Below, piece by piece: positions 1 to 7,362 of a stretch of 44,294 nucleotides of DNA. The stretch lies in NCBI GenBank assembly GCA_023245955.1, contig JAHFJI010000001.1, forward strand, positions 1 through 44,294, written 5' to 3'. Both the position numbers and the translations under genes were made by a program. How positions within the stretch are numbered: the stretch's first letter is position 1; every line of letters begins with the position of its first letter. This stretch comes from Candidatus Doudnabacteria bacterium (GTDB lineage: Bacteria; Patescibacteriota; Doudnabacteria; UBA920). The notes under the pieces were generated by a model. The model had not been told where the DNA came from and did not search any database. It saw only the letters and a list, made by a program, of their open reading frames with translations.

Positions 1-1823
1 GCAGTAGTGGTTTCACCTGCGCCTAGTTGTAAGAAGTTTACCAGGGCTTGGCCCTTAGAAGTTCTGGAGCCTTCCGGAAGTTCGTAGACTTTAGTTTGGA
101 ATACACGGCCTTTGTTGGTAAAGAACAGAATGTCGTCGTGGGTGTTGGCGGAGATAAGTTTTTCTACCACGTCTTCTTCTTTCAAACTTTGCCCAATTAC
201 ACCTTTGCCACCTCTGGTTTGTTGCTTATAGGTGTCTGGTAAAAGTCTTTTCACATAGCCAGACTGAGTAATGGTTACAATCATCTGGTTTTCTGGAATA
301 AGGTCTTCTGCTACAAAAGTACCCAGGGCGTTTTTAACTATCTGAGTTCTGCGTTCGTCTCCATACTTGTCTCGCATTTCTATGGTTTCGTCTTTTACAA
401 TTCCTAGAATCTTTTTTGGATGTGCAAGCAGATCCTCTAGCTTGGCAATAAGTTTTCGTTTTTCTTCTAATTCATCCTCAATCTTTTTGCGTTCAAGTCC
501 GGCCAGGGTTTGCAAGCGCATTTCTAAGATGGCCGTAGCTTGTAGCTCGGACAGCTTAAACTTTTTCATTAAGGCCGTGTGCGCCTCTTCCTTGGTTGGA
601 CTCTTTTTTATAACCGCGATTACCTCGTCTATGTGGTCCAGGGCAATGGACAAGCCTTCCAGTATGTGGGCACGCTCTTTGGCTTTCCTTAGGTCGTACT
701 CTGTTCTTCTGCGAATAACAATTTGCCTATGTTTAATGAACTCTTCCAGTACAGTTTTAATATTGAGCACGTGCGGCTCAATACCATCCACAAGAGTAGT
801 TAGGTTTAGGTGAAAAGTATCTTGAAGCTGGGTGTAAGAGTAAAGCTGATTTAATATCTTGTTTGGTAGAGCTTCTTTTTTAAGATCTACCACGATGCGG
901 ATACCAGAAGAAGACTCATCACGCACGTCCCTAATGCCTTCTAGTTTTTTGTCCCTTACTAGGTCGGCAATCTTCTCCAGCATGGTGGCTTTGTTTACGC
1001 GGTATGGAATCTCCGTAATAATTATTCTAAATGTGCCATTCTTGTTTTCTTCTATTTCTGCCCTCCCTCGCACCACAATACCGCCCCTACCCGTTGCGTA
1101 GGCGTTTTTAATTGCGGATACATCATAGGCTATGCCTCCGGTAGGAAAATCTGGTCCGGTAATAATGTCGGCTATGTCTTCTACAGTGGCATCTGGGTTT
1201 TCTATTAAATGTATAACTCCATTAGTTACTTCAGTGAGGTTGTGGGGAGGAATATCTGTGGCCATACCCACTGCAATGCCCAGGGTACCATTCAGTAAGA
1301 GCTGTGGAATTTTTCCAGGTAATACTACTGGTTCTTTTTCGGTAGCGTCATAGTTGTCCCTAAAGTCCACAGTTTCTTTTTCTAGGTCCGCCAAGAGCTC
1401 TTCTGCTATGGGTGTCATTTTGGCCTCGGTATAACGCATAGCGGCAGCACCATCACCGTCCAGCGAGCCAAAGTTACCTTGACCCTTTACAAGCGGGTAG
1501 CGCATGGCAAATTCTTGTGCCATGTGCACCATGGAGTCGTATACGGCTACATCGCCATGCGGGTGGTACTTACCTAACACCTCACCGACAATTTTGGCGG
1601 ACTTGGTGGTTTTGGCACTTGGACGCAGGCCCATACTGCGCATGGCATATAGTATGCGTCTGTGAACTGGTTTTAGACCATCTCTTACGTCTGGTAGCGC
1701 ACGCGCAACAATAACAGACATGGCATAACTCAGGTAAGAGTCTTGCATCTCATTTTCTATTGTACGTGCTCGGATATTGCCAATATTGCCCGTTGCTGGA
1801 ACGTCTGAATCTATATTTGCCAT
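1..1823 (-). CDS. gyrA: DNA gyrase subunit A (3' part runs off the window)
   Basis: Manual minus-strand translation from ATG at 1823: MANIDSDV...[33 protein letters not shown]...GKYHPHGD...AAMRYTEAK. Absent from the ORF track because no stop lies in the window. Confidence 0.95.
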   Translation of the reverse strand, partial: MANIDSDVPATGNIGNIRARTIENEMQDSYLSYAMSVIVARALPDVRDGLKPVHRRILYAMRSMGLRPSAKTTKSAKIVGEVLGKYHPHGDVAVYDSMVHMAQEFAMRYPLVKGQGNFGSLDGDGAAAMRYTEAKMTPIAEELLADLEKETVDFRDNYDATEKEPVVLPGKIPQLLLNGTLGIAVGMATDIPPHNLTEVTNGVIHLIENPDATVEDIADIITGPDFPTGGIAYDVSAIKNAYATGRGGIVVRGRAEIEENKNGTFRIIITEIPYRVNKATMLEKIADLVRDKKLEGIRDVRDESSSGIRIVVDLKKEALPNKILNQLYSYTQLQDTFHLNLTTLVDGIEPHVLNIKTVLEEFIKHRQIVIRRRTEYDLRKAKERAHILEGLSIALDHIDEVIAVIKKSPTKEEAHTALMKKFKLSELQATAILEMRLQTLAGLERKKIEDELEEKRKLIAKLEDLLAHPKKILGIVKDETIEMRDKYGDERRTQIVKNALGTFVAEDLIPENQMIVTITQSGYVKRLLPDTYKQQTRGGKGVIGQSLKEEDVVEKLISANTHDDILFFTNKGRVFQTKVYELPEGSRTSKGQALVNFLQLGAGETTT

Positions 1824-1873
1824 AACAAATTAGTAGTAAGAATAAAGTAGTAAGAATTAAGTAGGTTATTAAG

Positions 1874-2089
1874 CTACTTACCAAAGCCAGCCTTCGCTTG
1901 GAGGGCCTTTTTTTGAATGGCGATAAAGAAATCTTGAGGAGTTTTCTTATTCTTAGGAATCTGGCTTGTAATAATCCAAAGGCCAACTAATAATATAAAA
2001 ACGGTTATTACAATAGCCCACAAAAGTTGTTCTCGTTTGTTTTCGGGTAGGTCTTGTATTTTTTGTATTGTAAGCATAGGAAGAATCAT
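1874..2089 (-). CDS. small single-pass membrane protein
   Basis: 71-aa ORF with one hydrophobic helix, co-oriented between the MBL-fold gene and gyrA. Start uncertain. Confidence 0.6.
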   Translation of the reverse strand: MILPMLTIQKIQDLPENKREQLLWAIVITVFILLVGLWIITSQIPKNKKTPQDFFIAIQKKALQAKAGFGK

Positions 2090-2120
2090 GAATTATGAGT
2101 CAAGAATCATGAGGTAATTT

Positions 2121-2744
2121 CTAACTAGTAAGTATAATTACTTTAGTGTCTTCAGTGTCTGCGAAGTCTTTCTTCTTTACTATAATCTTCTCCAGCGTCT
2201 CTGCCTTGCCCCCCATTTCTTTTACAAACTTATTTACTTCGTCTAATGCAAGCTTTATTCCCTCAGTAGAAAAGTGGGAAGGTATAACCATTTTGGCTTC
2301 TACTTGGTTTACTATTTTTGCTGCTCCACTTGCATCTAGCACGGTATTGCCACCTACTGGGAGTATTAATATGTCTATATCGCCCAGGTCCTCCAGTTCG
2401 TTTTCTTGGATGTTAAAGTTCTTTATATGAGCAAGGTTTAAGATTTTGATTCCTTCGCTCTCTATTAAGAACACAGTCACATAATTTTCATCTTGGAGCA
2501 GGGGTATGCCGGTAACAGTTACGCCTTTTACATCGTACTCGCCCGGGCTAGATATTATAAACGGTTCACCAGTCAGTGAACTATGGCTACTGTAAAGAGA
2601 ATTTTGGGGCTCAGACAGCACGAGTACGTCCACGGTTCCTCTTGGTGAGGCTAGACCCGATTCTTTGCTATATGGGTCAGTAATTACCACTGCTTCTTTA
2701 GTCGTAAGCTTAAAACTGGATAGACCTAGGTATTGAATATGCAT
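2121..2744 (-). CDS. metallo-beta-lactamase-fold protein (Lactamase_B_3-like), degenerate metal site
   Basis: Motifs IQYLGLSSFKL, ITDPY, PGEYDVKGV, DILILPVGG, VIPSHF. The HxHxDH motif is not preserved. Confidence 0.8.
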   Translation of the reverse strand: MHIQYLGLSSFKLTTKEAVVITDPYSKESGLASPRGTVDVLVLSEPQNSLYSSHSSLTGEPFIISSPGEYDVKGVTVTGIPLLQDENYVTVFLIESEGIKILNLAHIKNFNIQENELEDLGDIDILILPVGGNTVLDASGAAKIVNQVEAKMVIPSHFSTEGIKLALDEVNKFVKEMGGKAETLEKIIVKKKDFADTEDTKVIILTS

Positions 2745-2893
2745 AGTGCGATGCGAATCTACGAATTCATGCGAATCTACGAATATCCACGAATTCGAAA
2801 TATCTATATTTAGTGGTTATATTATATCATTTTGTGGTGAGAGATGCAAAGGATTTTATGGGTTTTATGTCTTATTTAGGAAAGATTTTAGGC

Positions 2894-2922
2894 TTGCTTG
2901 GTGGGGCTTATTGTTGTATACT
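2894..2922 (+). promoter_or_regulatory. sigma70-type promoter for rpsA
   Basis: TTGCTT-17 bp-TATACT. Confidence 0.55.
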
Positions 2923-3101
2923 GTGTAGGCTTATTTGGTAGGTGCTTTCCGCCTATGACGGAACTTTTATTATTAATTCCCAAATGAGCTTCGGTATAAG
3001 CACCTTTGATTTGTAACTAATTTATGACTCATTTTTAACCCAGGCATACACTTTTTCTATTGCGTGGTTTTTATTTTCATAAATTGCAAGAATAAACTTA
3101 T

Positions 3102-4343
3102 ATGAGTAACGAACTTGGACAAGATGGTGTTGGTGTAGCACCAGTGCAGGCAGTAAATACACTGAAGCAAAACATAGATGAGTCGCTAGCAGAAAAAGCT
3201 AGTAGTATGGACGACCTTATTTCCAGTGGAGCGGAAATTCGGGTACTTAAGGCTGGAGACATGGTTGAGGGAAAACTGCTCTCTGTGGGTAAGAATGAAG
3301 TTTATGTGGATCTAGAGGGTATAGGTATAGGTGTGGTGCGTGGTCGTGAGTTATATGATGACCAGGCAACCCTAGCTTCACTTAAAGTAGGCGATACTAT
3401 ATTTGCCTCTGTAGTAGAAGGCGAAAATAAGGATGGTAATGTAGAATTGTCGCTTCGTCAGGCTGGACACGAACGTGTTTGGCAGTCCCTAAAGGAGAAG
3501 ATGGAGTCCCGTGAAGTTGTGAGCACTAAGATTTTGGGTGCAAACAAGGGTGGGCTTATGGTAGAAGTGAACGGTGTGCTAGGGTTTTTACCGGTTTCTC
3601 AGTTAAACCTGGAGCACTATCCACGTGTGGAAGACGGTGATAAACAGAAGATTTTCTCTGCCTTGCAAAGTTACGTTGGTACATCTTTTGCTGTGCAGAT
3701 TATAACTGCCGACCCAGAAGAAGAGAAGCTTATCGTGAGTGAGAAAGCTGTATCGGAAAAAGAAACCGAAGACAGACTATCTCAGCTTAAGATGGGTGAT
3801 GTGATTAAAGGTACTGTTACGGGTGTAGTAGATTTTGGTATCTTTGTGAAGTTTGGTGACCTAGAAGGTCTTGCTCACATAAGTGAGCTAGCTTGGCAAC
3901 GGGTAGAAAATCCTAAAGATTTGTTCCGAGTTGGTCAGAGCGTAGAAGCTAAGATTATCGGTATAGATAAGGGTCGTGTGTCTTTGTCTGTGAAGCAACT
4001 CCAACCAGATCCATGGCTTGAGGCAGTAAAACAGTACCAAATTGGCCAGGTGGTAGAGGGTAAGGTAACTAAAGTAATGCCATTTGGTGTGTTTGTGGAA
4101 TTGTCCAAAGATATTCAGGGTTTGGCTCATTTAGCTGAGCTGTCTCACGAGGCTATTAAAGACGCAGAAAGCGTGCTTAAGGTTGGTGACGTAAAGTCTT
4201 TCAAGATTATCTCTATTGAACCGGCCGACCACCGCTTAGGCTTGTCTCTCAAAGCGCTTGAAGAAAAACCGGTTAAGGCTGAAACTGTTGTAGAAGCTAA
4301 AACTGAAGAAGCGGAGGTTACTCAAGACGAAACCAAGGCCTAG
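3102..4343 (+). CDS. rpsA: 30S ribosomal protein S1 (four S1 domains)
   Basis: Repeated S1 motifs (GFLPVSQL, FGIFV..GLAHISEL, FGVFVEL..GLAHLAEL). Confidence 0.9.
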   Translation: MSNELGQDGVGVAPVQAVNTLKQNIDESLAEKASSMDDLISSGAEIRVLKAGDMVEGKLLSVGKNEVYVDLEGIGIGVVRGRELYDDQATLASLKVGDTIFASVVEGENKDGNVELSLRQAGHERVWQSLKEKMESREVVSTKILGANKGGLMVEVNGVLGFLPVSQLNLEHYPRVEDGDKQKIFSALQSYVGTSFAVQIITADPEEEKLIVSEKAVSEKETEDRLSQLKMGDVIKGTVTGVVDFGIFVKFGDLEGLAHISELAWQRVENPKDLFRVGQSVEAKIIGIDKGRVSLSVKQLQPDPWLEAVKQYQIGQVVEGKVTKVMPFGVFVELSKDIQGLAHLAELSHEAIKDAESVLKVGDVKSFKIISIEPADHRLGLSLKALEEKPVKAETVVEAKTEEAEVTQDETKA

Positions 4344-4357
4344 TAAGAACATTTCTC

Positions 4358-4400
4358 AATATTTAAAAAGAGCTCTGAAAGGGAGCTCTTTTTAAATATT
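4358..4400. terminator. bidirectional intrinsic terminator
   Basis: 18-bp inverted arms AATATTTAAAAAGAGCTC / GAGCTCTTTTTAAATATT between convergent rpsA and tRNA-Leu. Confidence 0.75.
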
Positions 4401-4485
4401 GGTGCCCAGGGAGGGACTCGAACCCTCAATCTCTTACGAGCCCAGGATTTTAAGTCCTGTGCGTATACCATTCCGCCACCTGGGC
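4400..4485 (-). tRNA. tRNA-Leu(TAA)
   Basis: Cloverleaf GCCCAGG...CCTGGGC-ACCA, anticodon loop CTTAAAA, long variable arm. Confidence 0.95.
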
Positions 4486-4495
4486 AGATGTTTTT

Positions 4496-4570
4496 TGGAG
4501 GTGCGTGTGGGAGTTGCACCCACGCATGGCGGTTTTGCAGACCGCAGTGTTACTACTTCACCAACGCACC
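4496..4570 (-). tRNA. tRNA-Cys(GCA)
   Basis: GGTGCGT...ACGCACC-TCCA, anticodon loop CTGCAAA. T-loop reads TGCAACT instead of TTCRA. Confidence 0.9.
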
Positions 4571-4672
4571 CATGGCTTAAAGCCCTCAAATTATAACGAA
4601 TTTTATAGCTCTAGGGCAATAGCTGTGTTATAAAAAACAGCCCAGCCAAGGGCTGAGCCGTTTTAGATTTAT

Positions 4673-5323
4673 TTAGTTAGCCAAGGCTAATTCTTTGTTT
4701 ATAATGGTACCAGTAGTTGTGGTGTTTAGCTTAGCAAGTCTAGTAGCTTCGGCTTTGGCTGTAAGCTCGTTCATTTCTTTTTCTACCTTTTCACAGCCAC
4801 GTAACCAGTTTGGTGAACCTGGCACTACGTATACCTTTAACTTCTTTTTACAAGTATTGTACTTGTCTTTATAAATAGGTTTTTCAAGTAAGTCACTAAC
4901 AGCTTTAAAGCCGTCGTAGGGAGTGGTAAATTGTCTCCATTGGCTGTGGCCAGGTTTTACACCTACACTACCACAGTTAAAGTTTGCAGCCCGTTTACAG
5001 TAGTTGCTCTCCACAAAAGTGATACCAAGGGCATGTTGCCACTGTGGAAGAGTAACTATCTGATCTGCGTATGGTGCAAGTGGAGAACCTTTGGACTCTA
5101 GATAGTCTTGTAGAGACTTTACTAGTTCGTCGTTACTGGTTATATCGCTCATGCTTAAGCCTGTGTTTAGCGCATCTGGTTTAAGCTCAAACACCATTAC
5201 ACTATTGTTGCTTGCTATTGGTTCTGAAGCGAGGCTGGCGTGTGGGAAGATAAAACCGATTACAGGAATAAACAAGCTAATAGCTAGTATATGTATTTTA
5301 GATGTTAGGTTGGGAGTTTTCAT
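4673..5323 (-). CDS. secreted lysozyme/glucosaminidase-like protein
   Basis: Signal-peptide-like N-terminus. YLESKGSPLAPYA...ALGITFVESN resembles the lysozyme-superfamily catalytic E-S motif. SD GAAAGGAG upstream. Confidence 0.6.
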   Translation of the reverse strand: MKTPNLTSKIHILAISLFIPVIGFIFPHASLASEPIASNNSVMVFELKPDALNTGLSMSDITSNDELVKSLQDYLESKGSPLAPYADQIVTLPQWQHALGITFVESNYCKRAANFNCGSVGVKPGHSQWRQFTTPYDGFKAVSDLLEKPIYKDKYNTCKKKLKVYVVPGSPNWLRGCEKVEKEMNELTAKAEATRLAKLNTTTTGTIINKELALAN

Positions 5324-5456
5324 TTTGGCAATAACTCCTTTCAGTCTGGGTAAGGGTTTTATCCTTTACCTTTAATGCATTAGCCTAACTCTTGAGCGGT
5401 GCGGTATGAGTGAGCCAATAATAAAAGCGCTCTTTTGGAGCACTTCTTATGACAGG

Positions 5457-5485
5457 AGTATACATAATTAGGGGCTTTTGGTCAA
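5457..5485 (-). promoter_or_regulatory. sigma70-type promoter
   Basis: Minus strand TTGACC-17 bp-TATACT, giving a leader of about 125 nt to the 5323 start. Confidence 0.6.
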
Positions 5486-5674
5486 GTCTTTATTGCCAGT
5501 TCTAGCTTTATATAAGCCATAAATCGTTTTTTTGCTCGCGATAATGCTCTAAAAACACTGTCAATAGCCAAGTCAGTTTGACTTATCTTTATAAATCTAT
5601 CTACTTTTACACTTTATGGCTTATACATGCCATATATTTGATGTAAACTTAGTAATTTTTGGCTATATTCACCA

Positions 5675-5711
5675 AAATCAAAAACCAGCACTCATAGCTG
5701 GTTTTTGATTT
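5675..5711. terminator. intrinsic terminator-like hairpin
   Basis: 15-bp arms AAATCAAAAACCAGC / GCTGGTTTTTGATTT. Confidence 0.6.
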
Positions 5712-5797
5712 GTGCACGTGTAGATGCAAAGTATCCTGAAGCCTATATCAGACCTACTACTGAGTTGTTTTATCTAATCCTCTCTACACTACAAAAA

Positions 5798-6038
5798 AAA
5801 TAAAAGACATCCACTAAAGTGAATGTCTTTTATTTGGGGCGGGTAAGGGGAATCGACCCGCCCACGGCTATGTTCAATGCGCTACGCTTATTTCACATAA
5901 CGCCTAACGCGAGCCCGCCACTTGCATTGCTCCAAGTATTCGCAATGCATCCCACAAAGCCGGGACCGTTCCCGTTCGATTCTTCTTACTCCTTTCCAAA
6001 AAGATAAAAACCACACCTAAAGGTGAGGTCTTTATCTT
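5798..6038 (-). repeat. non-coding mini-element with direct and inverted copies of the tRNA-Gly 3' end
   Basis: 5835-5856 matches tRNA-Gly 6039-6060 at 21/22. 5974-5998 is a degenerate inverted copy. Two related AT-rich hairpins at 5798-5835 and 6000-6039. Confidence 0.7.
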
Positions 6039-6112
6039 TGGAGCGGGTAAGGGGAATCGAACCCCTATCCCCTCCTTGGCAAGGAGGAGTTCTACCATTG
6101 AACCATACCCGC
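6039..6112 (-). tRNA. tRNA-Gly(GCC)
   Basis: GCGGGTA...TACCCGC-TCCA, anticodon loop TTGCCAA. Confidence 0.95.
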
Positions 6113-6282
6113 TCGTCACAGTTTGCTCCAAGTTTCAAGTTTTGCCTTTTAGGCAAAAGCATTTCACTTTCCGCAACTATTCCTCTAACTTTTACGCTTA
6201 ACCTCACAAAGCTTCAGCCCAAGTGTAAAAGTTTATTCAAACAATTTCTGGTCGAAGACCATGAGCGAGTCTTCGAGTCGAA

Positions 6283-6357
6283 TGGTGCCTCGGGTCAGAA
6301 TCGAACTGACAACGCAAGCCTCTTCAGGGCTTCGCTCTACCATTGAGCTACCGAGGC
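6283..6357 (-). tRNA. tRNA-Phe(GAA)
   Basis: GCCTCGG...CCGAGGC-ACCA, anticodon loop CTGAAGA. Confidence 0.95.
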
Positions 6358-6385
6358 TGGTTTTCTAAAGCTTCTAACTATTGCT

Positions 6386-6463
6386 TGGTGGACCCGCTGA
6401 GCGGGTCTAACACCACGCTAATCACGCTGAGCGTGATTGCCAGTACGCTAAGCGTACTAAGCG
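6386..6463. repeat. cluster of three small palindromes (CGC-TRA-GCG cores)
   Basis: GACCCGC-TGA-GCGGGTC, AATCACGC-TGA-GCGTGATT, AGTACGC-TAA-GCGTACT. Bounded by the direct repeat TGGTGGAC (6386-6393 and 6464-6471, the tRNA-Val 3' end). Confidence 0.7.
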
Positions 6464-6539
6464 TGGTGGACGATACAGGACTCGAACCTGTGACATCTTC
6501 GGTGTAAACGAAGCGCTCTACCAACTGAGCTAATCGTCC
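6464..6539 (-). tRNA. tRNA-Val(TAC)
   Basis: GGACGAT...ATCGTCC-ACCA, anticodon loop TTTACAC. Confidence 0.95.
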
Positions 6540-6552
6540 TTATGGCTTGAGT

Positions 6553-6620
6553 ATTATACTAAATCACTAAAAATAAATCAATCTAGTTTACTTGCTATAT
6601 AGGCAGTTTATTCATATAAT
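6553..6620. promoter_or_regulatory. divergent sigma70 promoters for tRNA-Val/Phe and tRNA-Leu
   Basis: Minus: TTGATT(6581-6576)-17-TATAAT(6558-6553). Plus: TTGCTA(6592-6597)-17-TATAAT(6615-6620). Confidence 0.7.
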
Positions 6621-6639
6621 ATCAAGGCAATTGAAGCTT

Positions 6640-6726
6640 GCCCAGGTGGCGGAACTGGTATACGCGCATCCTTGAGGTGGATGTGGGAGCAATCCCGTGG
6701 AGGTTCAAGTCCTCTCCTGGGCACCA
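6640..6726 (+). tRNA. tRNA-Leu(GAG)
   Basis: GCCCAGG...CCTGGGC-ACCA, anticodon loop TTGAGGT, long variable arm. Confidence 0.95.
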
Positions 6727-7001
6727 AGAAAAGAATATTGGTCTTCAGGTCAGTATTTTTTTCTTGGTTATATATGAAGATGGACTTCAAGGGAGCGGCT
6801 TTCGCTTTAGCGAAAAATTTCATACGACTATTTGGAGCATGAAATAACGGCTGGTCCTGGCGTTCGCGAACGACAGAGCGCGGCCGACACGAGCTGGAAT
6901 GGAAGTGAATTTCATTCATCGCAAGCTCCGTAGCGTCATACGACGAGGGCTCTGACGAGGAGTGTAGTGTGAAGCGACCGAGTCCGACACCTTGGGCATT
7001 A
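6727..7001 (+). repeat. degenerate tRNA-3'-end-flanked non-coding element
   Basis: Hairpin 6723-6768, inverted T-arm relic GGACTTCAA (6782-6790), GC-rich body, direct relic GAGTCCGACACCTTGGGCATTA (6980-7001). Confidence 0.45.
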
Positions 7002-7164
7002 TAAAAATACTCTGACAGCTGTCGCGATGATTTTGCATGTAAAAAAAGCCCGTTGCAATGAGTAGTTGCAGGGGCTAAGATGTTTGCAACTATTCTCGTT
7101 GCATTTAAGAGCACAGAGTCACGACCTCTTCTCGAGTTTTTGCGTAGAGATGCTACTATAGGAA

Positions 7165-7253
7165 TAGCCACAAAAAAATTCCGAAGGAATTAGGGGCGAA
7201 ACCCACCCGTATTCCTCCCCAGACCCCTCCTACGGGCGGGAAAACAACCGAGG
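7165..7253 (+). repeat. diverged copy of the inner end of the 408-bp island arm
   Basis: TAGCC..AAAAAA.TCCGAA.GGAA followed by a hairpin whose 19-nt loop TTCCTCCCCAGACCCCTCC is identical to 31821-31839. Confidence 0.75.
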
Positions 7254-7362
7254 CAAGTTCCTCCGCCCTCGAAGTGGGTTTGAGTAAAGTGTGATCAGAG
7301 CACCAAATAAAGAATTGTTTGTTATTGTTTTTGCGTTTTATTCCAATAGCAAAAATAGAAGT

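Noticed and set aside
48..1714. Plus-strand ORFs in the track
   Set aside because: Antisense shadows of gyrA. The same applies to shadows over infB, ftsK, recA and the RM genes.
2748..2800. CRISPR array (also other short arrays)
   Set aside because: Units are 7-9 nt without unique spacers, and there are no cas genes.
6608..7171. 187-aa minus-strand ORF and other ORFs over tRNAs (4399-4596, 5819-6346, 27297-27536)
   Set aside because: Antisense to, or overlapping, tRNAs and repeat DNA, with no recognisable domains.
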